A stretch of DNA of 64,000 bases from Schizochytrium sp. TIO01 (Eukaryota; Protista; Bigyra: Labyrinthulomycetes). The notes under the pieces were generated by a model. It was given only the letters and a program-made list of their open reading frames with translations. It was not told where the DNA came from and did not search any database. The stretch is taken from NCBI GenBank assembly GCA_004764695.1, contig SMSO01000034.1:372001-436000 (forward strand), written 5' to 3'. Below are positions 21,962 through 33,135 of the stretch, piece after piece. Every line of letters begins with the position of its first letter. Within the stretch, counting starts at the first letter, position 1. The position numbers were made by a program, and so were the translations under genes.

Positions 21962-23752
21962 CTATATCCCCCTTTCATTTAACTTTCGACCTCTATTCAA
22001 TTTCTCGAAAACTATTACATCGATGCTCTTTATAGCGTTGAGAACAGAAGAAATCTGAGCTTGAAGAACGTGCGGCTTTTGAGCAAAACTTAATCGAAAA
22101 ACTAGTCTACCGTTTGGTGCTTGCCATGCACTTTCTTCCCCAAGACAGGGCGGGGCTTGAGACCGTAATACTTCCGATAAGCCTGGTACTGGTTTACATG
22201 ATTGTTTGAGTAGAAAATCATCTAAGGCACCCTCGAAAAGATATCCTGCCTGCGCAGGCAGAACAAAGAGGCCGTGTTTCGTGTTCTCAGATGATAATTC
22301 CATAGCCAGCTTTGCTTCCAGATTTTCCACTGCAATATCAAGCACATCTACAACTGCTCCTGCACCTTGGGCTACGTTAGTGAAGATTTTGCAAGCGTCA
22401 GATCCGGCACTCACCAGTGCAGTCGCTACCACGGGGCCACTTGATGCTTTGATGAAAGAAATATCATTTGGGGGCAATGCCAAATCTTTGTGCATACGCA
22501 AATCGCTGAAAACAACAGCTGTGACTTCGGTTCCCATTCGCATGACACCTGCGCCGAAGGCTCTTGCATCTGGGAGTTCTAACAAGACATCTGTTTCAAG
22601 CATGGATGCAAGAGCAGAGCTTCGCTGAAAACCAGTGCTCTTTGCAAGAAAACCACCCTTACCATCATGCGAAAGCTTTGCACGGTGAAATTCAGGTCGA
22701 ACTGGATCGAGCTTAATATCGCTTGCAAGATTACACCGTAGACGAGCAGGCCGAACCTTTGAGTACCCCATAAGGGTCCTCAGTGCTGGTGCGACAAGAA
22801 GATCAAAGGTAACCATGCCAGAAACAGGATTTCCAGGCAGACTAAACACTAAAGTATTCTGTACAGTTGCACATATACATGGCTTACCAGGCTTCATAAA
22901 AAGACGTTCAACATGTACTTGGCCAAATTGGTTGATTGTACGCCGTATGAAGTCTCGTTCTCCTTTGCTAACCGCACCAGTTGTAATGAGAACATCGAGA
23001 CTATGCTGCGATATAAGCTTGGGCATCCAGTCATCCGCTTGATTGACATCAGGGATAATGCCAAGATTTACGATTTGGGGAGCACAGGCCCGCATAATGT
23101 CTCGCGTGCGTGCAAGCAGCATTGGTCGATTAGAGTCAAAGATGAAACCTTCTCGGGGTGCTTGACCAGGCGCCAGCAGTTCATCTCCAGTAGACAGCAC
23201 GCCGACTCGAGGTGCACTGTAAACAGCCACCTGAGTTTGATTGAACATGGATAGAACTCCAATTTCAGCTGCTGTAATGTTCTGACCTTTCTTCAACAGA
23301 AGCGTCCCTTTGGTCATATCAGATCCGACCTCTCGCACATCATGGTGTTCTCTGATGCCTTGAAGTTTGATACGAACAGCTTTGTCACCAACAAGTTCAG
23401 TTTGTTCAATCTCAACAACTGCATTCGACCCTGGAGGAAGAATTGATCCAGTGGTAACATAGGCTGCCTGACCGGGACCAACAGAGACAGACTTGAGATC
23501 AGAACCAGCAAAGACACTCCCAACAAGCGTCAGATCTGTGGCCGGCGAATTTTGTAGATCTTCAGCTTTAACAGCATACCCGTCTTTGATACTGGTCGGA
23601 AATTGTGGGATGGACCACGGCGCGTATACGTCCTCCGCCAGCGCATATCCAAGTGCATTCTCGACATCGACAGTTTCTTTCTTCTGATACTTTGCAGCTT
23701 CACGGAGGACCTTGCTAAGTGCTTCCTCTACTGGCATCATCGTATCCGTCAT
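21962..23752 (-). CDS. Molybdopterin molybdotransferase (MoeA/gephyrin-E/Cnx1E) with divergent C-terminal domain
   Basis: SIKDGYAV, TTGS.LPPG.NAVV.IE, LSTGDEL, DSNRPML, TTGAVSKGERD, MKPGKP, LPGNPVS, RPEFHR, STG.QRSS motifs. Confidence 0.94.
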   Translation of the reverse strand: MTDTMMPVEEALSKVLREAAKYQKKETVDVENALGYALAEDVYAPWSIPQFPTSIKDGYAVKAEDLQNSPATDLTLVGSVFAGSDLKSVSVGPGQAAYVTTGSILPPGSNAVVEIEQTELVGDKAVRIKLQGIREHHDVREVGSDMTKGTLLLKKGQNITAAEIGVLSMFNQTQVAVYSAPRVGVLSTGDELLAPGQAPREGFIFDSNRPMLLARTRDIMRACAPQIVNLGIIPDVNQADDWMPKLISQHSLDVLITTGAVSKGERDFIRRTINQFGQVHVERLFMKPGKPCICATVQNTLVFSLPGNPVSGMVTFDLLVAPALRTLMGYSKVRPARLRCNLASDIKLDPVRPEFHRAKLSHDGKGGFLAKSTGFQRSSALASMLETDVLLELPDARAFGAGVMRMGTEVTAVVFSDLRMHKDLALPPNDISFIKASSGPVVATALVSAGSDACKIFTNVAQGAGAVVDVLDIAVENLEAKLAMELSSENTKHGLFVLPAQAGYLFEGALDDFLLKQSCKPVPGLSEVLRSQAPPCLGEESAWQAPNGRLVFRLSFAQKPHVLQAQISSVLNAIKSIDVIVFEKLNRGRKLNERGI

Positions 23753-24011
23753 CTTCGCTGCTCTGTCTCACTGAGGAACTCTAAATATCCCGACACACAA
23801 ACTGCGCAAGCTGTGAATCGAACGAGAAGCCTATAATCTATGTCAAACGTAGTTCTCCCTAAGAGCGCAGAGTTCGCGCGCGTTGGTTTGAGGCAGTGTC
23901 TCTTTGCGTTTTGTATGCTGCAAAAGTTGTAGTACTACTATCTTTCTGTCCTGATGAAGTTGCACCTTTCTCATGAGTGATCGAAGCAAAAAGATTTTTT
24001 TTGATCAAATT

Positions 24012-24136
24012 TTTCTGAAGTGCGCATACTTAGCGCTTCACTGCTGGAGAAAAACCTCCACGAAACAATCTCTAACAATATATGAAGGGGGCGTCTTAAA
24101 GTAAGGCACCCTTTTTTAAATTTAGTTTAAACTAGT
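24012..24136 (+). repeat. Left terminal inverted repeat
   Basis: Core gcgcatacttagcgcttcactgctgg is exactly complementary to ccagcagtgaagcgctaagtatgcgc at ~29157-29182. Confidence 0.9.
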
Positions 24137-24149
24137 AGGTAGTACCTAT

Positions 24150-24490
24150 ACTGTTCTTCTTAAATTTTATGTTTCTTGGTCTTATTCCTTCACTTAACTT
24201 TATAGTTGATGTTCTTCGCAAACTTTATGTTTAACCTCATCTTATTCTTTTACTTAGTGTTATTCGCTGTTCTTAATTTGAAGGCTATTTATAAATAATC
24301 ATAAAATGCTTGGCTTCTCAAAATTTATGCTCTACTCAAACACTGTTCTTCTTACACTTTTTATGCTTTACTTGAATACTGTTCTTCTTTAACTTATGTT
24401 TTACAGCTTAATCTTTTTCCTTTACTTAACCTCATTGCTACTGTTCTTCTCAAACTTTATGTTCTCCTTAAACTTTATGTATTCTACTTA
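24150..24490 (+). repeat. Degenerate subterminal repeats (consensus ~ACTGTTCTTCTYAAACTTTATGTT)
   Basis: About seven imperfect copies just inside the left TIR (~24150, 24208, 24266, 24312, 24341, 24377, 24438). Confidence 0.75.
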
Positions 24491-26135
24491 CGGAGTACCC
24501 TCACAACGAGAAATCATGAATCCTCACATTGTTCTTCTATTCGAAATACGGAATAGCTCTATTTAGGCGTTCTATTCTTCTTGAGCTCAAAATTTGGCAC
24601 ACAATTATTAAAATCTAACATTTACATTAGCGACATAGTCCCAATACACAGCTACAGTATCATTCAAAAGAAAGATTGTTGATTTCTCGTTTCAGTATTC
24701 AATTTTGTTCGTTCCGTGAATGTAGTCTAACTCAACTATCCAACTGGTCTATACATTACCTGCCACTTCCGACCGAACACAGTCCCGAACGTGCAAATAA
24801 TTCGACCTATACGAATACGAAACACATTATGTTGTAACTCTGGATACCAAGCAAAAAGGAAACCAACTTATACTTTACATTACTAACCTCTTCTTTTTCA
24901 CACAGTTTATTGTACTTACCAATAAAGACCTCCTGCGATACCTCGAAGATCCCTACGAATCGCCCATCCGAAGTACTAAGTTTTGGACCATTCCTGACGT
25001 CACCAGATATCAAGCTCGCGCCTTGGACAGAATTCTTTCCTTTAAGGAGAACTCATCCCCTCACATCAGACAGGACATCGAAACAAAGTTCGACGTCGCG
25101 ACTTTCATACTTCAGGCAGCATATCCAGATAAGTTCTCTTCGCCCATTTCGTACTCTCACGTCATACATAACGAAAGAACTCTTCATGTTAAAGAGGTAA
25201 ATTTTGCATAGATCCCCGTCAGGGGGGTGTTTTTTGTACAGGGAAGGGGGAAAAGAACAGAAAAAGAACAGGAGTGGCACGGCATACAAAAAGTTGCTAT
25301 GTAATTTATTCGCCAAGCAAATCCCGGAAAAAATTTGTATGGATTCTGTGGAGGGGACACATGCCATGTGTGCCTCATGATTTTTTGATTAAAAATTGGT
25401 AATTTTATTTTTAGTGCTCATAAAATTACTTCTGCCTCTATGTAACACAGTAACTAAAAGTCTCAGTCGGGTTTAGAGAGAAAAGTTAAAAAGTTGAATT
25501 TCATTTCAAGGTTTTTGAATTTCATTTTCTGTCTAAGAAAAGCTTTCTATGCCTCTTACGTCACTGTGATTTAGCTCTCTCACACTCCACTGAGCTGAAA
25601 GTTCGCTATCTAGTCTTTTAATATATTGCTAGTAAAACTAGATGTCGAGTCACTCATGCGAGTTGGATTGGAGGAGTTGAACTGTAAAAGCTCCAAGCCC
25701 AAATTTCTTCAAAGTGAGAAAGACTGTAGAAGAGATAATCAAGACCAAGGTAATTAATAGCCAAGCTCGCGGCGCAGGTTCAAAACGTTCTCGAAATGAA
25801 ACCGTCGATCCAAATGCTGAAGAATTAAGTATATTGGAGTGTTTCCTTGACCAAATTGGGATTGAAAGAGATCTAGACGAGGAGCCTGAACACGAATTTG
25901 AGGAGGTGAACGAAGCGAGGACAGACACCAAAACATTACAGATTACAGATTACGAAAAGGAAAATTTATAGTGGAATGCATTGAAAGAGGTTTCGCAAAT
26001 ATCCAGCTCTGCACAGGCTTGAAAAAAATTTGATACGGGTAATTTGAAAAGTTGGGTACAGGTGGCCTGAAGGTGCTGACTAATGCACAATGTGGCTATA
26101 GCTTTTGGAATACTACGTCTAATTGCTCATCGTGA

Positions 26136-26556
26136 GATCAATTTCTTCATGGCGTAAAGCTTGTCCTTTTCCCGATTTTAAAAGATTCGGATTGGTATCT
26201 CATGACTGTGGATTTTGTGCAAAGACGTATACTTGCGTTTGATCCAATGAAAAACTCTTCTGGGTCATGCTTGTTTCGAGGATTATCAAAGGTTGCTTGA
26301 TGAAGTTCTGCACATCCAAACTGACCTGGGTGAGTGGAAATTTGAATTTGTTGATGGCGAGCAAGAGAACTCTTATAATTGTGGAATCTACGTGATGGCA
26401 ATGATTGATGGTCTCTTCTCTGGAGGAGACATCCGTGAGCCTACTAGGAAATTTGAGCTCTCTTCTGCCCCCCAGTTGCGCATCTCATTCGATGGTCAAG
26501 TTACTGATGACAGGCATTGCAGCGACATACTTACACCTGCAAATGTTAAGTTTTGA
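26136..26556 (+). pseudogene. Decayed Ulp1/SENP (peptidase C48) domain
   Basis: Frame from 26136 reads KLVLFPILKDSDWYLMTVDFVQRRILAFDPMK (Ulp1 P...HW....D pattern, His replaced by Asp). After a frameshift it reads QENSYNCGIYV (Q-x-N-x-x-D/N-C-G catalytic Cys motif). Confidence 0.75.
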
Positions 26557-27797
26557 AGATGTTTTACAAGATACTGTCAACTTCTCTAAAATTGAAGATG
26601 CAAACTCCTACGAATAGATTATAGCTGCATTCACTATTAAGCTTGGGGCTAGGCAAACTTCAAGCCTTCAAGAGAATAACAACAGCTCTCTCACGTTGTC
26701 CAGTGACTCTGACTCTGACTCTACCTTCTAATTATATAGCGCTCTCTCTGTCCCATAGATATGTACTAGTACCATAAATTATAAACCATTTATCCTGTTC
26801 TTCCAAGTTCCCTAATAAGGAGTTAATATGTATACAAAAACCCTGAAATGACTTATACGTACCCAAACCTTACCGTTAAAGAGAACCGCAAGTACCTCCT
26901 CCACAAGAGCCGCTTTCAGAATGTTGGCGACTCACCCAACCTATGCCACACAGAACTGTGCTTTTACTGGCCTTTCCAGCTTCAAGAAAGTGATGACTCC
27001 GCCTCGTCTATTCTCGTTCAGGTCGCACCAGGTGAACCCGTCGATTCCTAGATGCCAAGCTTACCAGACATTTAGCTACTCCAACGCAATAAATAAGACT
27101 TTCTACTTTTTCTTAGACTGTCCGGTTTGTCTAAGACCTCCTACTTCCGCGTCTATATGATTACTCAGTATTAAACTTGTATCTAAAACAAAAACGCGCT
27201 TCAGATTGTGGGGTTCCTCCACCCGAGTATTGATGTTTATCAGTATTAATTGTCTGCTAGAACAGAGAACCTAACGACCATGTGTCTCTGTTTACCTAAC
27301 CACCACTAAGAATGTCCTAAACTCAACTATCAATCGGAGAATCATGAGAACATGATAGCATATGGACAGGTGAGGTTAGGGAGGGTAAATAAACTAAACG
27401 AGCTTCATCCCGGACAGAGCTAGACTGTTGAATTGATCAATGACTTAAGTAGGCGAATTTTTTTTCGGGGCGTAAGAAGTCCTCAAATACTCTGTCGGAA
27501 ATAAACGTTTACCCGACGTGACTTTGTCCAGAAATAGCCTTTTAGTACACTTTCCAATTTAAGACGTAGTACTTTTGAAAAGTACTAGAGTAACCAGGGC
27601 TAACTACCAACATAGTATCGTAAGGGAAGAGGCAACTGTCGGGGCCTAAGTAGGTTGTCCCACAATTTCCAAACAAGGAAACGATCGACATCGCGCAGGC
27701 AAATAGGCAAAGCACGCACGCACGCACGCAGACCAACCGCGCACAGAGCACTGTGTCGAACGCCATATCCGAGCTGGTTCAGGGAGAAGGTCAGATC

Positions 27798-28580
27798 ATG
27801 ACGCACAAAGTGTTGTTTGTGAACGGAGTGTCGGGACCCCCTAGCGAGATTTCTGAAATCCGGAACGGTTTAGCAGACATTTTCGAGGTCCCCGTTGAAG
27901 ATGTTCATCACTTTGACAACACTACATGTCAGAAATCCCAGTTCGATTCTCTCTTCCAAATGATGAAAGATATTTACAAGGAGCTTAAGAAGCAATGTAA
28001 GCGGTTCGGGATTTCTACTGTTGTTTTGGTACTTGTTTGGTTATTCGCCATTTTGCTAAAACATGGTAAAATTGCATTCGCTAGGATCAATCAGTGCATG
28101 AAGCAGGTGAAGAAGTTTCTCCACAAGGAAGCTAAACTCCGTATCAAGCCTCTACGTTTGCAAATCCAACAATGGGGTGAAGCATCTGTTGAGCGAATCA
28201 CTTTGGTATGCCATAGTCACGGGGGTTGGTGTGCCCACGCTCTTCTCAAGGATGCTCCATCAGTTTCTTGTCTTCAACAAATAGCTCAAAAGCTGCATAT
28301 TATCACTCTGGGTTCCCCCGTTTACTTGCCACCCCAATCCAACGGTGAAAAAATATCATACACAGAGTTCATGCATGTACATGACCCTATCACAGTTCTT
28401 GATGTGTTCGATGATGACGTTAACGTGACCGAGAAGGATACCAAACGTGTTCTTCTGAAAAAAACAGTCACTACAGCAGAGGAAACCTTATTTACTCCAC
28501 ATCTTATCAAGACCTATCTCGCAGAAATCTCCAGCCAAATTGGTCACTTCAGGGACAGTTTAAAACAAAATTCATCTTAA
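27798..28580 (+). CDS. Alpha/beta-hydrolase (lipase-like) inside the TIR element
   Basis: VLFVNG (oxyanion region), LVCHSHGG (nucleophile elbow), ITLGSP, HDPI (acid), TPH (His); hydrophobic internal segment. ATG at 27798. Confidence 0.75.
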   Translation: MTHKVLFVNGVSGPPSEISEIRNGLADIFEVPVEDVHHFDNTTCQKSQFDSLFQMMKDIYKELKKQCKRFGISTVVLVLVWLFAILLKHGKIAFARINQCMKQVKKFLHKEAKLRIKPLRLQIQQWGEASVERITLVCHSHGGWCAHALLKDAPSVSCLQQIAQKLHIITLGSPVYLPPQSNGEKISYTEFMHVHDPITVLDVFDDDVNVTEKDTKRVLLKKTVTTAEETLFTPHLIKTYLAEISSQIGHFRDSLKQNSS

Positions 28581-29057
28581 CATCACCGTCCTGGCATCAT
28601 CGTAGCCGTTATGTCATCGGCGATGACATCTTTCGGTGAGGATGACTGCGACTAAGACGGTGAAACAGTCTCCTGAGTGGATCGCATGTCATCATGCTGC
28701 TCTTCTTCGCCTTCGTCGTCGGATGGAGAATGGTTGTTGGGTAGCCAGGGTTGGATGTTTCATCATTTGTCGACCAGCAAAGCTCTCAACCACCCCAAAG
28801 CCTTACACCTGTCTTCCTTGCCACTTAAGTCTACACAAAACGTCTCGTGTGGACACTGTATTTACGTCGCACAAATGGCCGAATCTTTGATGATGCTTTA
28901 GCGGAGAACAGCTCTCATTTCGTCGGGATTCGTTTCAATTAAGGTGTATTAAAGAGTTTATTTCATCATGTATTCCCATGGATATTTGACTTTAAGCTAC
29001 AGAGTACATCAGGCTGTTCTTTTGACAGTTATATTTGACTGTAATCCATTGCTAGAG

Positions 29058-29192
29058 ACTAGTTTAAACTAGAATTAACAATGTAACTCTGTATAAAACG
29101 CTCCCTTCATATATTGTTGGAGATATTGTTCCGTAGAGGTTTTCCTCCCTTAAAGACCAGCAGTGAAGCGCTAAGTATGCGCTCTTCAGAAA
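29058..29192 (-). repeat. Right terminal inverted repeat
   Basis: Reverse complement of 24012-24136. Confidence 0.9.
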
Positions 29193-29450
29193 GATTTTTT
29201 AATGAAAATTAAAACTGATGAGAGTGTACCTTTGATATGTTTTAAGTAGTAACCTAGGTATCACTACTATCATGAACTTTTACAAGCTGTACCTGTACAA
29301 CGCTTCTGCAACATACAATTTGCAAAATAGACAGACCATGTAGCCTCAAAGTTTGTTCGTGTAGGCGTGCAGGTATGAATATCAGAGCTGCTTTCATTAT
29401 TGGGGTATCAGAATGAGTACAACTCAACAATGTGCAAAGGTACATTTTTT

Positions 29451-30848
29451 TTAGGAGGGAAAGAAATTTGAGTTTCGGAATGATTGCGAGGCGCGAATGA
29501 CCTCCTGTCGAACGGTTGGAATGTTTTCTTGCATAACTTTAAGGCGAAGCAAAAAGGCTCGAACTTGGGCAGCTGTCCTCAAAGATCGTATACGAGCTTG
29601 ACGAAAGCGGGCAGCATATACACCTAATAAAAGAGCAGAAACGCCACCACTCAAAGCAAAGGTTCTTAGCACGTTTCGCATGGAGGTTCTCAGTACATAG
29701 AGCTGAGCAAGAGAGATTACCCCTGCCCCGGCTAGAGATGCAGCGGAATACATTTTGCTCTGGCTTTCTCGTTTCATAACCTCAAGACACCCAGCGATAT
29801 TGTTTAAAGTAAACTCCATCTCCTTGGATATACGAAAAACTTGGGTGGATGTGCGTGCAAGGTGGCCCTCGACATTGACTCCTTCGGCTTTGAGTGCCTT
29901 TACAATTTCGGCTGCATCACTGGCAGCCAGTTTCCCTGTATTGGTTGCATTTATCCACGTATAGTCCCCATTGACACGAATCCCATCGCCTGTTTGTGTC
30001 ACATGTACACTGTCAGCAAATTCATTATACTCCTGCCCCTGTTGGTGAGCTTGAACCGATTGGTATGAACCATACCCAACAAGCGCAGTTGCAACAGCTG
30101 TACTCGCAAGCATTGCTAAAGCTGAGTTTTCTTGTGCCATATGCTTCTGTTGTGTCTTATCGTGGTTGCCCCCCTCTCCATCATCAGAGTCGGTGTCATG
30201 AGTTTTGGCACATCCAGAATCTCGTGTGCTCCGCTTCGCTCTCATTACGGACTTCCGGTTAGACTTATGATTTGTCGATTCTTTGGTATGATAGACTCTT
30301 GATGCAGAATCTCGTTTTTCTCCCCAGTCTGCTTTGAAACGCTGTTTTGGGTCTTGATCGGTCCATACAGTTTGCAGGATAGTGTTAAGCACTCGAAGGA
30401 GTTCAACAGAAACTTGGGCTAGATCCTGCCACTGCCAAGGTGCTCTCCCATTCAGTACGTTTGCCTTGTCATTTGTACTCGAGGTTTCGAAATCTTGCGG
30501 ACGAGATTTGGAATCGTCTCCCCTAGCCTGGACTAGGTACAGGAATTCATTACACACTTGCTCATTCATTGCGACTACTTCTGCAAGGTCCTGCGACTGC
30601 GTATCCGTAATCATGTAGGAGAGGTCTTCTTGTGCTTGTTGTGTTGCAAGTTGTTGAGACGTTACAAGGGCAGCTTGGTATGCCGCAAGCCTCCGAAGGA
30701 GAGTTGCCACCTTGGTAGCTGTGGCCCTTCTCGCAGCATCTTGGGACGACGGAGGTGAAGCCGATCTTTGAGCAGGTTTTGGTATTTGATTCACATTTTG
30801 GGCACGCAGAACTCTAGACTTATGATGATCTGATGTTTGGGTAGACAT
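29451..30848 (-). CDS. Hypothetical membrane-associated protein
   Basis: 465 aa ATG-initiated ORF with about three hydrophobic segments in the C-terminal half; no motif recognised. Confidence 0.7.
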   Translation of the reverse strand: MSTQTSDHHKSRVLRAQNVNQIPKPAQRSASPPSSQDAARRATATKVATLLRRLAAYQAALVTSQQLATQQAQEDLSYMITDTQSQDLAEVVAMNEQVCNEFLYLVQARGDDSKSRPQDFETSSTNDKANVLNGRAPWQWQDLAQVSVELLRVLNTILQTVWTDQDPKQRFKADWGEKRDSASRVYHTKESTNHKSNRKSVMRAKRSTRDSGCAKTHDTDSDDGEGGNHDKTQQKHMAQENSALAMLASTAVATALVGYGSYQSVQAHQQGQEYNEFADSVHVTQTGDGIRVNGDYTWINATNTGKLAASDAAEIVKALKAEGVNVEGHLARTSTQVFRISKEMEFTLNNIAGCLEVMKRESQSKMYSAASLAGAGVISLAQLYVLRTSMRNVLRTFALSGGVSALLLGVYAARFRQARIRSLRTAAQVRAFLLRLKVMQENIPTVRQEVIRASQSFRNSNFFPS

Positions 30849-31381
30849 TCTGACAGAGAACCAATGGGTTTGGAGAGCGCTTTCCAGTGTCTCGTTTGGG
30901 AAAGCTCAAGTTCCGCTTCAAGGATTCATCATTATACAACTTTTTTCTTTTTTTACTTGTAGCATTGTAGGTACTAGGGACTACCTAGGTAGTTCTACTT
31001 CTCATTTTTCATTTTTTACAAATTAGTTTTACCTTCATTTCTTTCCATTGTCAAAGTGGTGGTCTTAGGTGGAATTCTGGAGAAGGAAATGCCATGCCTT
31101 CGCAGTGAAAGTTGGGCATCTACAATGAATCTTTCTTCGTTGCTGAAGTGAAAGCTCAATTGTGAGGCGAGACGAGGCTAGGTCGAGGCCATTTGGGTAC
31201 ATGAAATGAACAAAACTAGGTCAATTAAGTCGTGATTTGGCCAGCCAAAATCGCATGATAGTAGACATTGTTTTGTGCTACTAGAGAACAGCAAAAACGG
31301 GACCATCGTTCAACTGCTAGTCATATTTTATTCAATTTTGTGACTGAATATAGATAAGATCATCGCCTTTAATCTCTCTCG

Positions 31382-32008
31382 TCAGGTTACAGAGTAGTTA
31401 TGGAGAATCCGTTCGGCATCAGCAAGAGCAGCTTCTGATCGGATGAGTTGCAGCATACCCTCACTTGGCATCATTCGTGGGCCCGGTGACCTAGGGGACG
31501 AATTATGCGAAACGAAGGTTTCCACTCCTTTTCTTTCGGCGAGAATTTCGCCAAGCAACTGAAGACCATCCGAAGCCCGGTTGAATTCCCCTTGGTCCTC
31601 GCGTTGCTTGTTGCGACGATGAGCTGATTGTGCCTGGATCATGCGTAACTTATCTGCAATAAAAAGCTCCACGGCTCCTTTTGGTGGAGGTACATGGTCT
31701 ACATCCAACCTTGCGTCCAACAAGAGTCCTCGAACGAAAATTCTCGAATCTTTATTTACGAGCAAGTCCATCCGTGCCCGATCCACCAGTTCGATGGGTA
31801 CGTGAAAGCCTCTTTTTGACTGTGTGCCGCGTATCTTGGCTTGGTCACGACGTCGCCGCTTCAGTTTTGCGTTGGGTCGTTGTGGTTGCTCTGATCCCAC
31901 GTTTGAGTCTGCATCAGCCAGTTTCTGCTGTTGACCGCGAGCCCTGGAGATCAGTGAGGCTAGAGCAGCGCGGTACAGTGTGTCGTTACCAGAGCCGGTG
32001 TCCTGCAT
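31382..32008 (-). CDS. Hypothetical protein (basic NLS-like KRRRR)
   Basis: 208 aa ATG-initiated ORF with plausible composition; no family recognised. Confidence 0.6.
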   Translation of the reverse strand: MQDTGSGNDTLYRAALASLISRARGQQQKLADADSNVGSEQPQRPNAKLKRRRRDQAKIRGTQSKRGFHVPIELVDRARMDLLVNKDSRIFVRGLLLDARLDVDHVPPPKGAVELFIADKLRMIQAQSAHRRNKQREDQGEFNRASDGLQLLGEILAERKGVETFVSHNSSPRSPGPRMMPSEGMLQLIRSEAALADAERILHNYSVT

Positions 32009-33135
32009 ATCCGCGTGAGCTCGAGAAAGCCTTCTGGTGCAGCTATATGGTCTTGCGGAGTGCAGCTATAACGGGTTCTTTCCTTTCTCAATCCCTAATA
32101 AGGATGAGAAAAGAAATTTCATCTAAAATTTTCAATGGTTTTCAACTCTTGGAATTGACGTATAAAATTCGCAGAACTTGCATTTCACAAAGTGGGACTA
32201 AGGCCCAATTAAAAGACCAACCCGCGACTCAAAGCAATTCATTTTCTACGCCATGGTGCCCTCCGCCAAGCAAGAGGAGAGTTTCGATGCCAGATCAGTG
32301 ATCCCCAGCGTGCGTATCCAGGACTGCAAAGAAATTGGTAGCGGGCCAACTTCAGAAGGCCCGGGCAAGCTTGTAGTTTAGTGTTGCCTGAATTCGCAAC
32401 CTCAACAAGTGAACGGGCCGGATCAACATCAAAATCAAGACAGCCCGAATGATGTGTCGTTTGCTCCTGCCAAACGCCCATTCACAAAGCGAGCTTCTCC
32501 TCTTGCGTAAGTGAACAGGTTCTTTGCCGAGATGATTGCACCTCAAAACCATAACACCATGAATGTGGTGCCATCCAGAGCCCGGAACATCAAGGTTCAC
32601 AAACAAATACACCCCCAAAACACATACGTGTAGCCGACTCTGAGATCCACGTGACAGCGGAGTCCTTTTGCGTTACATGTCCAAGGCCGTGATCTAAGAA
32701 TTTGTCTTTCAGGCGTGGGTGAGTTAGTTTCAACCTGCAATTGGGCTGCTTTGTCACCATAGGAATTGCAAGTTCTGCAAACTCTTTAAGTTAATCGTAT
32801 GACCATAAAGTAATTCTCTGCCTAATATAAAGAGAGTAAAATGCATGAATAGCCATCAGTGATCGTAGATCATTGTCTCCCCAGAACCCCAAGCCGCGAG
32901 ATCGGGGCTTCCTCGCCGCAAGCGGGGCCTGGGCCGCTGGCAGCACACCGGCTTTGATTTGGTTTGCTCGAGAATCTTTTCCAGGTCGAGGGGGGCAGAT
33001 ATGACAGCATCGCTTAATCTCAGTGTACGCTTGCCGCAACATCGGCTCCTCCGGAGAGGCCTCGAGGGAGACCTTTGTGATGGCGACGCGACACGGACGA
33101 GAGTGTGTCGAAAGTCTTTGCGCAGAAGACCCCGC

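Larger units (their letters stand above)
24012..29192. mobile_element. Putative non-autonomous TIR DNA transposon (~5.2 kb) with Ulp1 remnant and hydrolase cargo
   Basis: Left end tttctgaagtgcgcatacttagcgcttcactgctgg...aacaatatatgaaggg...tagtttaaactagt (24012-24136) matches the reverse complement of 29058-29192, with substitutions and a ~10 nt indel. No transposase recognised. Confidence 0.75.

Noticed and set aside
23951-29233. Possible target-site duplication ctgatga..gt.g.accttt outside the TIRs
   Set aside because: Degenerate, not directly adjacent to both TIR ends, and its order relative to the other flanking repeat is inconsistent with a single TSD.
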